A stretch of 64,000 nt of DNA from an uncultured delta proteobacterium (GTDB taxonomy: Bacteria; Myxococcota_A; UBA9160; UBA4427). The stretch spans positions 736,001-800,000 of the forward strand of contig CAWGJT010000005.1 of the NCBI GenBank assembly GCA_963822965.1, read 5' to 3'. Position 1 is the stretch's first letter. Each line of letters opens with the position of its first letter. Shown here piece after piece: positions 47,066 to 59,453 of the stretch. A model generated the notes under the pieces. That model saw nothing but the letters and a program-made list of their open reading frames with translations. It had not been told where the DNA came from and did not search any database. Both the position numbers and the translations under genes were made by a program.

Positions 47066-47285
47066 GTATCTCCCAGCAAATTCGTTGGATTGGATCGAGC
47101 ATGATAGACCGCTCGACCACATCCTTCCAAATTGCCGATCTGCGGGAGCTTCAGGCCGCGTCACGCGGGTTCCTGCGCCGGAGCCCCGACGCACGAACGG
47201 CCCCGGCAGACGCCGGGGCCGCTCGAATCGTCGTCGTGCCGAGGCTCCCAGCGAGCGCAGTGGCCCTCAGCGAGCGCCGCGGCCC

Positions 47286-47489
47286 TCAGCGAGGATGCAC
47301 GTTGCTGGCTTCGGGCCCCTTGCGGCCCTCGGTCGTCTCGTACTCCACCGGCTGCCCGTCGGTCAGATTGCGGAACCCGTCTCCCACGATGTTCGAATAG
47401 TGGACGAACAGGTCCTTGCCACCGTCGTCGGGGGTGATGAACCCGTATCCCTTCTGCTCGCTGAACCACTTCACTACACCAGTCGCCAA
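47286..47489 (-). CDS. csp: Cold-shock protein (CspA family)
   Basis: TGVVKWF..KGYGFI...DLFVHYS (RNP1/RNP2). TTG start after GAGGAG. Confidence 0.97.
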   Translation of the reverse strand: MATGVVKWFSEQKGYGFITPDDGGKDLFVHYSNIVGDGFRNLTDGQPVEYETTEGRKGPEASNVHPR

Positions 47490-47980
47490 GACGCTCTCCT
47501 CGATTCTCGATTGCCTGCACGAGGCCGCAGACCCCGTCCTTCTCCGGTGTCACCTGGCGACCCGTCCGCCGCCCGGCACCCGGGAAAAACTAGCGTCCCC
47601 ACCCGTCGCGGCGCATGACTCGTCGGGGCGACGCCGGCTGCCGGCAAGGCTCTGACGCGCCAGAAACGGACGCATCCCGGGGCCCTCGGTGCACGCTGTG
47701 CAATCGAGCGCCACCGGGCTCCGGTCGACGGCTCGCCGCCGTGACCCCATGGGCTCGACCGATGAGAGGAGTTCATGGGACGTTCGCCCTCCCGAGTCGC
47801 CCGCGCCGAGCGAGGGAGCACCCGCTTCGCTGGATCCGGCTCCCGAGCCGTCGAACGACGACGTTCCTCGGGCTCGGGCTCGTCGCGCCGCGGCCCGCCG
47901 GCGACCCCGACGCGGGTAGCGTTCGACCTCCCACCGCCTCGGCCGACCGCCTGGGATCCGTTGTGCTACACGCAGCGGGC

Positions 47981-48862
47981 GTGAGCGCAGTCCTCGACGA
48001 GCTACTGGAAATCCTCGATCTCGAAGAGATCGACTTCAACATCTTCCGCGGCCGCAACGAGAGGGCGCGGCAGGGACGTCTCTTCGGCGGCCAGGTGGCC
48101 GCCCAGGCCCTGGTGGCCGCCGGGCGCACCGTCGAGGGCGGCCTCCCGGTCCACTCCCTGCACGGCTACTTCCTGCGGCCCGGCGACCCCCGGGTGCCCG
48201 TCGTCTACACCGTCGACCGGATCCGGGACGGCCGCTCGTTCGTCACCCGGCGCGTGCTCTGCCAGCAGCGCGGCAAGGCCATCTTCAACATGTCCGCCTC
48301 CTTCCACGCTCCCGAGTTCAGCTACGAGCACCAGGACGAGATGCCCGAGGCCCCGCCGCCCGAAGCCGTCCCCACCTGGCGGGAGCGGATGGAGAAGGTG
48401 TGGGACCGGCTCCCGGAGGAGATGAAGAAGGTGGCGCCGGGCGAGCGACCCATCGACGTGCGACACGTGGAGGCCCCGACCTATCTGGGGGGCGGACCCT
48501 CGCGCGGCCCCGCACACGTGTGGATGAAGGTGACGGGTCCCCTCCCCGACGACCCCTTCCTCCACCAGTGCCTGCTCACCTACGCGACGGACATCTCGTT
48601 GCTCGACAACATCCTCCGGCCGCACGGGCGGCTGGGGACGCTCGGACCGATGATGGTCGCGAGCATCGACCACGCTGTCTGGTTCCACCGGCCCCTGCGC
48701 TTCGACGAGTGGCTCCTCTACGTCCAGGACAGCCCGGCCGCCTTCGGCGCCCGGGGATTCGCGCGCGGTGCGCTCTACACGCGAGAGGGCGTGCGCGTGG
48801 CCTCGGCCGCCCAGGAGGGCCTCATGCGGCCCGTGAAGGAGGCCGAGGACCGCTCGCAGTAG
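47981..48862 (+). CDS. tesB: Acyl-CoA thioesterase II
   Basis: LFGGQVAAQAL, HSLHGYFLRPG, RDGRSF, ASIDHAVWFH, AQEGL. Confidence 0.95.
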   Translation: MSAVLDELLEILDLEEIDFNIFRGRNERARQGRLFGGQVAAQALVAAGRTVEGGLPVHSLHGYFLRPGDPRVPVVYTVDRIRDGRSFVTRRVLCQQRGKAIFNMSASFHAPEFSYEHQDEMPEAPPPEAVPTWRERMEKVWDRLPEEMKKVAPGERPIDVRHVEAPTYLGGGPSRGPAHVWMKVTGPLPDDPFLHQCLLTYATDISLLDNILRPHGRLGTLGPMMVASIDHAVWFHRPLRFDEWLLYVQDSPAAFGARGFARGALYTREGVRVASAAQEGLMRPVKEAEDRSQ

Positions 48863-48905
48863 CTCCCGCATCCGGGCTCTCGGGAGCCCGATTCGAGGCG
48901 ACGCC

Positions 48906-50730
<1,825 letters not shown>

Positions 50731-50741
<11 letters not shown>

Positions 50742-51993
50742 AGGTCAGCTGGAGGCTCAGCCGCCAGCGATCCGCGGGCCCGGATGCGGTGCCGTCGAAC
50801 CAGGCGAACTGGGCCAGCGCCACCAGGTAGTCGTTGATCGGACGCGCCAGCACGCTGTCCAGCTCCCAGCCGAGATGATCCCCGCCCTGGTCGCTCCAGA
50901 ACTCGTGGAAGACGATCCTGCCGTCGAGCCGCCAGGGAAGCACGGGCGCCGCGGTGAAGTGGAGATCCTGGAGCCCCCGCGGTCCCCCGTTGTTCACGAA
51001 GGCGTCGGCGAGGCCGTCGAACGGATGGGCGGTCGCGAGGGGCGTGACGAAGACGGCCTTGCCATCGTCGCTGCCGAGGAGCTCCCAGGCCGCGCCCACG
51101 CTGCCGAACCGCCCGGAGCCCAGGGTCGCGCCCAGCCAGACGTAGTGCGCCCGGTAGTCGACCGGATTGTCCGCAGCGTCGGTCTGGTAGGCGTAGGAGA
51201 CCGCGTAGGAGAGGAAGTGGTCGTCGCCCAGGTCCGCTGTCCCGGTCGCGCGCAGGCCGTAGGAGTTCGAGGAGTTGGTCGGGAAGTCTCCCTGGAAGTC
51301 GAGCAGGTAGGCGAAGAGCGTCACGTCGAAGCGCTCGAGCCCCTCGTAGTGGACCCGGGCGAGGTGGGAGTCCGAGCTCCAGTCCCGCGTGAGGTTGGTG
51401 GGTCCGTGGTTTCCGAAGACGCGCCGCACGTCCCAGACGTACACGTACTGCGCCGTGAGCCCCTCCAGCCCGAGGGTGGTCTCTCCGAGGGCGGCATCGA
51501 AGGTCTGCTCGTTCTGGCGCCACGCCACGTTCCCGACGAAGCGGGCGTCGTCGAAGACGATGCGCTGGCGACCGCCCCGGGCCCTCGCGCCCAGCCACTC
51601 CGGCTTTGCGAACTGCAGCCAGGCCTGGTTCAGCTCCGTGTTCCCGGGGTCGGCGATCAGCGACTTTCCGGTGCGCGACGAGACGCCGTCGAAGTAGCTC
51701 TCGTCGTCGAGGGACCATGTGTTCTCGAGCTCGGCGAAGCCCGAGAAGCCGTAGTAGGGCTTCGAGCCGAGCCCGGCGCGGGTGCGGATCGTGTAGGCCT
51801 GGGAGTCCGAGAAGCCCTCGATGTCCGCGAACCCGATCCGCGCGCGAACGTCGAGGGAGAGCTTGTAGAACTCGTTGTCGAGCCAGGGAAGGTCCGGATC
51901 GCGCACCGGCGCTTCCGCCATGCTCCCCGTCGCAACGAACACGGTCCAGACGCTCGAGAGCAGAGCGGCTCGCACTCGAAGTCGGATGTTCAT
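50731..51993 (-). CDS. Alginate-export-family outer-membrane beta-barrel protein
   Basis: Signal peptide, TELNQAW, GRQRIVFDDARFVGNVAWRQNEQTFDA, TPLATAHPF.G.AD.F, terminal FTY. Confidence 0.85.
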
Positions 51994-52095
51994 CCGCCCT
52001 CCCGGGCCGAGCCCGCCGAGCCTCTCCGACGCGAGACGGCGCCGGATCCTGGGATCACGGCGCCGTCTCCTTCGGACGCAGGATCGCGAATTCGC

Positions 52096-53187
52096 TCAGT
52101 CGTAGACGATCACGCCCCGGGCGTTGACGCCGCTCTCGAGGTCCGCGAAGGCCTGCAGCGCGTCGTCGATCTTGTAGGTCTTCGTGATCATGCGGTCGAG
52201 ATCGAGCTTCCCGCTCTTGTAGAGATCGAGCAGCATCGGCATGTCGACCCGGAAGTTCGCGTTGCCGTAGAACGATCCGATCGTCTTCTTGCCCTCGACC
52301 GAGAGGAGCATGGCGTTCATGGGAACCGACTCGGTGATCCGGCCGAGGCCCACGATGCACACCGTCCCGCCCCGGCGGGCCGCCGCGTAGGCCTGGGCCA
52401 TCACCGCCGGCACGCCGATCACCTCGAACGAGTAGTCGACACCGATGCCCCCGGTGATCTCGCGCACGGGGCCCACCGGATCGCTGCTGGCGTTCACCGT
52501 GTGGGTGGCTCCGAACTCCTTCGCGAGGGCCAGCTTGTCCTCGTTCAGGTCGACGCCGATGATCGTCCCGGCGCCCGAGATGCGCGCACCCTGGATCGTC
52601 GAGAGGCCCACGCCGCCGCAGCCGAACACCGCGACGGTGGAGCCGGGGGTCACGCCCGCGGTCTTCATGGCGGCTCCCGCGCCGGTCATGACGCCGCATC
52701 CCACCAGGGCCGCCTGCTCGAAGGGCAGGTTCTTGTCGATCTTCACCACGCTGATGGCGGGAACGACCGAGTACTGCGACATGCACCCCAGGAACTGCAT
52801 GGTGGCCAGATCGGCGCCGCCCAGGTGAACCCGGGAGGTCCCGTCGAGCATCATGCCGTTCGGCGCACCCGCCGAGCAGAAGTGGTGCTCACCGCGCGAG
52901 CAGAACCAGCACTCGCCACAGCTCGGGACGAACGACATCACCACGTGGTCGCCCACCGCAACGTTGGTGACGCCCTCGCCCACCCTCTCGACGACGCCCG
53001 CGCCCTCGTGGCCGAGCACCATCGGAAGCGGCATGGGAATGGTGCCGTTCAGCACCGAGAGATCCGAGTGACACACGCCCGTGGCTCCGAGCTTCACGAG
53101 GACCTCGCCGGCCTTGGGGTCGTCGATCTCGACCTCCTCCACCGCGAGCTTGTTGAGCGCGTGCGCTACGACTGCCTTCGACTTCAT
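52096..53187 (-). CDS. Zn-dependent alcohol dehydrogenase
   Basis: GVCHSD, GHEGAG, CGECWFC..G..HFC, GCGVMTG, GCGGVG. Confidence 0.96.
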   Translation of the reverse strand: MKSKAVVAHALNKLAVEEVEIDDPKAGEVLVKLGATGVCHSDLSVLNGTIPMPLPMVLGHEGAGVVERVGEGVTNVAVGDHVVMSFVPSCGECWFCSRGEHHFCSAGAPNGMMLDGTSRVHLGGADLATMQFLGCMSQYSVVPAISVVKIDKNLPFEQAALVGCGVMTGAGAAMKTAGVTPGSTVAVFGCGGVGLSTIQGARISGAGTIIGVDLNEDKLALAKEFGATHTVNASSDPVGPVREITGGIGVDYSFEVIGVPAVMAQAYAAARRGGTVCIVGLGRITESVPMNAMLLSVEGKKTIGSFYGNANFRVDMPMLLDLYKSGKLDLDRMITKTYKIDDALQAFADLESGVNARGVIVYD

Positions 53188-53476
53188 TTCGGGGTCCTGC
53201 CTCCTTCGTTCCAGGCGCCAACCGTTTCTCGGTCGACCCGACGGCAACGAGTGATTCGCTGGGCTGCGGAGTCTAGCGGGGCCGGTGCGTCGACGATCCC
53301 TCGCCTCCCTGAACGGATCTCAGGCGCGGGCCGCCGCGCCTCCGCCGCGCGTCGACGGCACCGGCGGGCTCACCTTCCGCGGCGGATCGACCGAAATCCA
53401 GGGAGACGAGGCCGCCCTGCCCCGGGGGGAAACGGGTCGGATGCCGGTCTCGCGCTCCAGGAGACACCCCCGTCGC

Positions 53477-54877
53477 ATGCTGAAGGAGCATTCGGAACGG
53501 CTGCGCGTGATGATGCAGCTCGCGGACGTGACCCTGGCGGGTCTCGCCTTCGCGCTGGCCCTGCTGCTGCCGGACGTGCGCGCCCCCGAGGCGGCCGGAG
53601 CGGACGGCCGGCTGTGGGCGCTCGGGATCGTCTCCGCCGCGGCGTGGCCGGTCGCCCTGCAGCGCCTCGGCGTCTACCGGTCACAGCGGCTGATGCGCCT
53701 GCGCGAGGTGGGCGAGCACGTCGCGCTCGCCGGGGCGCTCGCCACCGGCGTTCACTTCATGGCCGCGTTCCTGGTCTCGGCGCCCGTCGCCCCGTACTTC
53801 CCCCTGGCCTGCGGCGTCCTGCAGCTCGTGGCGCTCTGTGCCCTGCGCCTCGGGGTGTACGCCGGGCTCCGCTGGCTGCGACGGGAGGGTCGCAACCAGC
53901 GCAACGTGCTGATCGTGGGATCCGGACCGCGCGCCGCCTACGTCCAGAAGGTGATCGGCTGGAACCCCAGCTGGGGCCTCCACGTCATGGGATTCATCGA
54001 CAGCGGCGTGCCGCCGTCCGGGCCGAAGGTCGTCGCCAACCAGATCTTCAAGCTCGAGGACATGGTCGAGATCCTGCACGCCGAGGTGATCGACGAGGTG
54101 ATCGTCGCCTGCCCGCGCTCGATGCTGGCGGACATCGTGGGCGTGGTGGACGCCTGTGCGCTCGCGGGCGTGCCCATCACCCTGCTCTCGGACCTCTTCG
54201 GCGACTTCCTGCCGGCCCCTCGCTCGAGCCGCTTCGGCTCGCTGCCCGCGCTCTCCTTCGCACCGGTGCACCACAGCCTCGGCAAGCTCTTCGTGAAGCG
54301 CGCGATCGATCTGGCGGGCGCCGCGGTCGGCCTGCTGGCCGCCGCCCCGGTCCTGGCGGCGGCGGCGATGGCCGTGCGGCTCGACTCGCCGGGCCCGATC
54401 CTCTTCCGCCAGGTGCGCTGCGGCAAGAACGGCCGTCGCTTCGTGATGCACAAGCTGCGCACCATGTACGTCGACGCCGAAGAGCGGAAGCAGGAGCTGC
54501 TGGCGCAGAACGAGATGGACGGGCCCGTCTTCAAGATGAAGCGCGATCCGCGCATCACGCGAGTGGGCCACTGGCTGCGGCGCTTCAGCATCGACGAGCT
54601 GCCCCAGATCTGGGACGTCCTTCGCGGAGACATGAGCCTGGTGGGACCGCGCCCCTCCCTGCCGAGCGAGGTCCTCGAGTACCGGACCTTCGAGCGCCGC
54701 CGGCTCTCCATGCGGCCGGGGCTCACGTGCCTGTGGCAGGTGAGCGGCCGCAACGAGATCGGCTTCGACGACTGGGTGCGACTCGACCTCGAGTACATCG
54801 ACACCTGGTCGCTGCGCAACGATCTCAAGATCCTGCTGCGGACCGTGCCCGCGGTGCTCGGCGGCTCCGGCTCCTGA
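53477..54877 (+). CDS. Polyprenyl glycosylphosphotransferase (WcaJ/CpsE-like priming sugar transferase)
   Basis: N-terminal TM helices, KRAIDL, KLRTM, DPRITRVG.WLR..SIDELPQ, MSLVGPRP. Confidence 0.95.
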   Translation: MLKEHSERLRVMMQLADVTLAGLAFALALLLPDVRAPEAAGADGRLWALGIVSAAAWPVALQRLGVYRSQRLMRLREVGEHVALAGALATGVHFMAAFLVSAPVAPYFPLACGVLQLVALCALRLGVYAGLRWLRREGRNQRNVLIVGSGPRAAYVQKVIGWNPSWGLHVMGFIDSGVPPSGPKVVANQIFKLEDMVEILHAEVIDEVIVACPRSMLADIVGVVDACALAGVPITLLSDLFGDFLPAPRSSRFGSLPALSFAPVHHSLGKLFVKRAIDLAGAAVGLLAAAPVLAAAAMAVRLDSPGPILFRQVRCGKNGRRFVMHKLRTMYVDAEERKQELLAQNEMDGPVFKMKRDPRITRVGHWLRRFSIDELPQIWDVLRGDMSLVGPRPSLPSEVLEYRTFERRRLSMRPGLTCLWQVSGRNEIGFDDWVRLDLEYIDTWSLRNDLKILLRTVPAVLGGSGS

Positions 54878-54970
54878 GCCGGCGATCGGCGAACGAGCGA
54901 GCTCGCCGGACCGACCCCTTGCCTCCAGGACCTGCGCCGAGGCTACACTGCCGGGGAGGCGGGAACTCTC

Positions 54971-56995
54971 ATCGAATCGCTCCTCTTCGAGATCCTTCTG
55001 CTCCTCGTGCTCAGCGCAGCGGGACTCGCGCTCTTCGAGCGGTTGAAGCTCCCGGCGATCGCGGGCTGTCTGGCCGCGGGGGCCGTCGCCGGACCCGGCA
55101 TGCTCGGACTGCTCTCCGATTCGGAGCGCGTCCGCGCCCTGGCGGAAGTGGGCGTCGTCTTCCTGCTCTTCGAGATCGGGCTCGAGCTCCCCTTCGACCG
55201 GCTGCGACGTCTGTGGCGGCGCGCGATCCTGGCGGGCACCACACAGGTCGTCGTCACCATGGCCGTCGTGGCGGCGGGCGCCGTCGCCCTCGGCCTGCCC
55301 ACACCCGCCGCGATCATCCTGGGCGGGCTCGTGGCGATGTCGAGCACCGCCCTGGTGATGCGCCAGCTCTCCGAGCAGGGGCAGATGGACAGCCCCTCCG
55401 GACAGCTCGCCATCTCCATCCTCATCCTGCAGGACCTGAGCATCGTCCCGCTGCTGCTCGCGATCCCCCTGCTCGCCGCCGGCTCCTCCTCCTCGCCGCT
55501 CTCCCTCGCGCTGGCCGTCGTGCGACTCGTGGTGGCCCTGGCGATCGTCCTGGCCGTCGTGCGGCTGGTCGTTCCGCGGGTGCTGGCTCGCGCCGCCCTC
55601 GCGGGCTCGCCCGACCTCTTCAGTCTGCTGGCCCTGCTCGTCGTGCTGGGCTCGGCCGTGTTCGCGGGCGAGCTGGGGCTCACCTTCGCCGTGGGTGCGT
55701 TCCTGGCGGGGGTCGCCGCCAGCACGTCCCCCTACGCCCACCAGCTCTTCTCCGAGGTGGTCCCGCTCCGCGGCGTGCTGCTGGGGATCTTCTTCACGGC
55801 GGTCGGCATGCTCTTCGACCCCCGGGTGCTCGTGGCGCATCCGGGCTTCGTGGCCACCTACCTGGCGCTGGCGCTGCTCCTGAAGGGGGGCGTCATCGTG
55901 CTCGCCAACGGGCTGTTGCTGCGACAGAACGCGCGCATCGGCGTCATGGCGGGGCTCGCTCTCGCCCAGACGGGAGAGTTCTCCTTCGTGCTCGCCGGCG
56001 CCGCGCGCCAGGCCGGGCTGATCGAGGAGTGGCTCCACCAGGGCGTGATCGCCGGCTCGATCATGAGCCTGATGGCCACGCCGTTCCTGATCCGCTTCGC
56101 GCCGATCGCCGGCGACTGGGTCTCGGGTGGGCGCGCCTTCGACGACCGCCACGAGAGCGAGCTGGCCGTGGCGGGGGTCGTCCCGCCCGGGCAGGGTGCG
56201 GCCGGCCCCTGGCCCGACGAGCGGCCGTCGAACGGGCAGGTGGTGATCATCGGCTTCGGCCCGGGCGGGCAGACCCTCGCCCGACTCCTGAGGTCGCTCG
56301 AAGTGCCCTACGTGGTCATCGAGGCGAACGCGCTCGGCGCCGAGCAGGCGCGCGAGCGCGGCGAGCCCGTCGTCTTCGGCGACGCGACCCGCCCCGCCCT
56401 GCTGAAGCGCCTCGACGTCGCCAACGCCCGGCTCGCGGTGATCGTCGTCTCGGATCCCCTGACCACCCGCCGCATCGTCTCCCGCATCCGCTCGATCTCA
56501 CGCGACGTGCCGCTGCTCGCCCGCACCCGCTACATGCGCGAGGTCGATCCCCTGGAGGCCCTGGGCGCCTCCAACGTCGTCGCCGAAGAGTTCGAGGGCA
56601 GCATCGAGCTGGTGGCCCGGGCGCTCCGCCTGTTCCGCATCCCGGACTCCAGCATCCTGAAGTTCACCGACGCGCTGCGGGAAGGCGGCTACGGCGCGAT
56701 CCGCGGCGACATCGGGCTCGGCATCGATCCCTGGCTGGTCGAGCTCCTGCAGGCCGTGGAGGCCCAGTGGATCGAGGTCCCGGCGAGCCTCGCGGGCGCC
56801 ACCAGCCTGGCGCAGCTCGGGATTCGTGCCGCCACCGGAGCGAACATCCTGGCCGTGGCCCGGGGCGACGCCACCACCGCGAATCCGCCGCCTTCGTTCG
56901 CGCTCCAGCGCGGCGACCGACTGCTGGTGCTCGGCGACCCCGAGAACCTCGAACGCCTCGAACGCCTCCTCGCCCAGCCCCCCACCGACGCGTAG
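54971..56995 (+). CDS. CPA2 cation:proton antiporter (KefC-like) with TrkA-N and TrkA-C domains; start uncertain
   Basis: GVVFLLFEIGLE, SSTA, ILQD, LAQTGEFSFV, IIGFGPGG, RCK-C domain. First canonical start is the GTG at 55007, inside TM1. Confidence 0.92.
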   Translation: MESLLFEILLLLVLSAAGLALFERLKLPAIAGCLAAGAVAGPGMLGLLSDSERVRALAEVGVVFLLFEIGLELPFDRLRRLWRRAILAGTTQVVVTMAVVAAGAVALGLPTPAAIILGGLVAMSSTALVMRQLSEQGQMDSPSGQLAISILILQDLSIVPLLLAIPLLAAGSSSSPLSLALAVVRLVVALAIVLAVVRLVVPRVLARAALAGSPDLFSLLALLVVLGSAVFAGELGLTFAVGAFLAGVAASTSPYAHQLFSEVVPLRGVLLGIFFTAVGMLFDPRVLVAHPGFVATYLALALLLKGGVIVLANGLLLRQNARIGVMAGLALAQTGEFSFVLAGAARQAGLIEEWLHQGVIAGSIMSLMATPFLIRFAPIAGDWVSGGRAFDDRHESELAVAGVVPPGQGAAGPWPDERPSNGQVVIIGFGPGGQTLARLLRSLEVPYVVIEANALGAEQARERGEPVVFGDATRPALLKRLDVANARLAVIVVSDPLTTRRIVSRIRSISRDVPLLARTRYMREVDPLEALGASNVVAEEFEGSIELVARALRLFRIPDSSILKFTDALREGGYGAIRGDIGLGIDPWLVELLQAVEAQWIEVPASLAGATSLAQLGIRAATGANILAVARGDATTANPPPSFALQRGDRLLVLGDPENLERLERLLAQPPTDA

Positions 56996-57019
56996 GACGA
57001 GCGGCTCCAGCGGGGCGCA

Positions 57020-57059
57020 ACGTCCACTCCGGTGGACGTGCCGTCCACGGAAGTGGACG
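57020..57059. promoter_or_regulatory. Two tandem palindromes CGTCCAC-N4-GTGGACG, 21-bp period; putative enhancer-binding-protein sites
   Basis: 57021-57038 and 57042-57059, 70-110 bp upstream of a sigma54 promoter. Confidence 0.7.
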
Positions 57060-57127
57060 CGCACCGGCGCTGCGCGCCCCGGGAGCGCACCGGCTCCCTC
57101 GCACGCACGGATTCCGCCGCGAGGCCC

Positions 57128-57143
57128 TGGCACATGCGTTGCA
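57128..57143 (+). promoter_or_regulatory. Sigma54 (-24/-12) promoter
   Basis: TGGCAC-ATGCG-TTGCA with exact GG-N10-GC spacing, 75 nt before the ATG at 57219. Confidence 0.8.
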
Positions 57144-57218
57144 GCCGTGGGCGGCGGGGGCTGCAGTGCGGCGCCGAGCCGGAGCAGGTGGCACCGGTCG
57201 AGCCCGCGAGGAGTGACC

Positions 57219-59369
57219 ATGGACCCGAACGAGAAGCTTGGACGACTGCGAAGCTATCTGAACCAGATCGCGCCCGGGGGCGGCACGGAGCGGCTCGTCG
57301 TCGAGGAGACGGCCCTCGAATCGACGGCGCCCGGCGCTCGGGACGAGGAGCGCGAGCAGGCCCACGAGGGCATCCGCAAGCTCCAGGCCGGACACGAGCC
57401 GACGGTGCCCGAGATGAGGGCGATCGAGGCCATCGTGCTCCCGCGCGAGCGACCGGTCGTGAACATCGTCGGCAACTCGTTCGACGAGCTCCCGGCCCCC
57501 TGGACCCACTTCGCCGCGGGGGAGACCAAGGCCCACCTGGAGGCCGCGATCCCGTCGATCGGACGCGTCGAGGTCCCCAATCATCCGAGCATCCCCTACG
57601 GCGGCACGGGCTTCGTGGTGGCGCCGGATCTCATCATGACCAATCGCCACGTGTCCGAGCTCTTCGCGTCGGGCGTGGGCATCCGGCGGCTCGCCTTCCT
57701 TCCCGGGCAGGCGGCCGGGATCGACTTCCGGCGCGAGGTCGTGCCCGGCGCTCCGATCTACGTCGACGTGCGCCAGGTGGTCATGATCCACCCTTACTGG
57801 GACATGGCGCTGCTGCGCGTGGAGGGGCTTCCGTCCGAGCAGCGTCCGCTCGTGCTCGCGGTCGACGCGCCAGAGGACCTCGCCGGGCGCGAGGTCGGGA
57901 TCGTCGGCTATCCGGCCCAGGACTGGCGCAACGACCTCGACCTGCAGAACCGGATCTTCCAGGGGGTCTACAACGTGAAGCGGCTCCAGCCGGGAAAGAT
58001 CACCGGCCGCGAGGCGATCGACAGCTACGGCAACCACGTGCGCGCCCTCACGCACGACGCCTCGACCCTGGGCGGGAACTCGGGCTCCGCGGTGGTCGAC
58101 GCCGCCACCGGCCGCGTCGCCGGACTGCACTTCGCCGGGCTCTACCTCAAGGCCAACTACGCCGTTCCCACCCACGAGCTCGCACGGGACTCGCGCGTGG
58201 TGGACGCCGGCGTCCGCTTCGCGGACTCCGTCGCGCGGGACGCGGACTGGCTGCCCCAGTGGCGCGCGGCCGATCCCGGGTCCGAGGCTGCGAGTCGAAC
58301 CGAGCCGGACACGCGTGCCGCGTCGGCGGCGTCCCCGGGTCTCACGGTCGCGGGGGACGGCGAGGCGGCCGCCGTGTGGAACGTCCCGCTCCAGATCCGT
58401 GTCTCGCTCGGCCGGAGCTCACCGGAGCCCGGCGGTCGGGACGCGGCGCCTTCCTCGGCGACGAGCCTCGAAGCCATCACCTACCACATCGATCCCGATC
58501 CGGAGTACGACCGCCGCGAGGGCTACGACCCGGACTTCCTCGGCGAGGGTCGGCGGATCCCGCTCCCCTGGCTCACCGACGCGCAGTACGCCAACACGGC
58601 GCGCAACAAGCTCGCGCGTCACGACCGACACGTACTCCCCTACCACCACTTCAGCGTGGTGATGAACCGGCAGCGGAAGCTCGCGTACTTCACCGCGGTG
58701 AACATCGACGGACGCCGGGAGGCCGACGTCAACCGCAAGACGTTCAACGACAAGTGGTTCCTCGACCCCCGGATCGGAGAGGACGAGCAGCTCGACAACG
58801 ACCTCTACGTCGCCAACCCCCTCGACCGCGGCCACCTGGTGCGCCGGCTGGACCCCACCTGGGGGCGGACCCGGGCCGAGGTCCTCGGCGCGCACGACGA
58901 CACGTTCCACTGGACGAACTGCAGCCCGCAGCACGAGCGCTTCAACCGGAACCAGACCACCTGGGGAGGCGTCGAGAACTACATCCTCGACAACGCCAAC
59001 TCGCGCGACCTGCGCGTCACGGTCTTCACGGGTCCGATCTTCCGGGACGACGATCCGGTCTATCGGACGCCCCGGGGCGAAGACGTCCGACTCCCGCTCC
59101 GCTATTGGAAGGTGGTGGCCGTCGTGAAGCCCGACGGAGCGCTCTCGGCGACCGCGTACCTGATCTCCCAGACGACCCTCGTGAACCGCATGCTCGAGTT
59201 CGCGTACGGCGCTCACGGAAGCCATCAGCGCACGATCCGCGAGATCGAGCGGCTGACCGGCCTCTCCTTCCACCACCTCGCCCAGCACGACCCGCTGGCC
59301 GCGTCGGCCCACGAGGGCGCGGCGCCGCCCGCGATCGAGCTCGACTCGCTGGAGCGAATCGTGCTGTAG
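57219..59369 (+). CDS. Trypsin-like (V8-type) serine protease fused to a DNA/RNA non-specific (NucA-type) endonuclease
   Basis: Triad TNRH / WDMALL / STLGGNSGS, plus GLHFAG. Nuclease motifs LPYHHFSVVM, DRGHLVRR, TNCSPQ, W..VE, YWKVV. No signal peptide. Confidence 0.93.
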   Translation: MDPNEKLGRLRSYLNQIAPGGGTERLVVEETALESTAPGARDEEREQAHEGIRKLQAGHEPTVPEMRAIEAIVLPRERPVVNIVGNSFDELPAPWTHFAAGETKAHLEAAIPSIGRVEVPNHPSIPYGGTGFVVAPDLIMTNRHVSELFASGVGIRRLAFLPGQAAGIDFRREVVPGAPIYVDVRQVVMIHPYWDMALLRVEGLPSEQRPLVLAVDAPEDLAGREVGIVGYPAQDWRNDLDLQNRIFQGVYNVKRLQPGKITGREAIDSYGNHVRALTHDASTLGGNSGSAVVDAATGRVAGLHFAGLYLKANYAVPTHELARDSRVVDAGVRFADSVARDADWLPQWRAADPGSEAASRTEPDTRAASAASPGLTVAGDGEAAAVWNVPLQIRVSLGRSSPEPGGRDAAPSSATSLEAITYHIDPDPEYDRREGYDPDFLGEGRRIPLPWLTDAQYANTARNKLARHDRHVLPYHHFSVVMNRQRKLAYFTAVNIDGRREADVNRKTFNDKWFLDPRIGEDEQLDNDLYVANPLDRGHLVRRLDPTWGRTRAEVLGAHDDTFHWTNCSPQHERFNRNQTTWGGVENYILDNANSRDLRVTVFTGPIFRDDDPVYRTPRGEDVRLPLRYWKVVAVVKPDGALSATAYLISQTTLVNRMLEFAYGAHGSHQRTIREIERLTGLSFHHLAQHDPLAASAHEGAAPPAIELDSLERIVL

Positions 59370-59453
59370 GAGCGCGGCTCGCGCCGACCGGGACCCGAGA
59401 CGGAGCCTCGGGTGGCGGGTCCGCCGCAAGGCGAGCCCAACGGGCTCCCTCCG

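Noticed and set aside
47697..47713. Sigma54-like TGGCGC...TTGCA upstream of csp (minus strand)
   Set aside because: GG-to-GC spacing is 9 nt, not the required 10.
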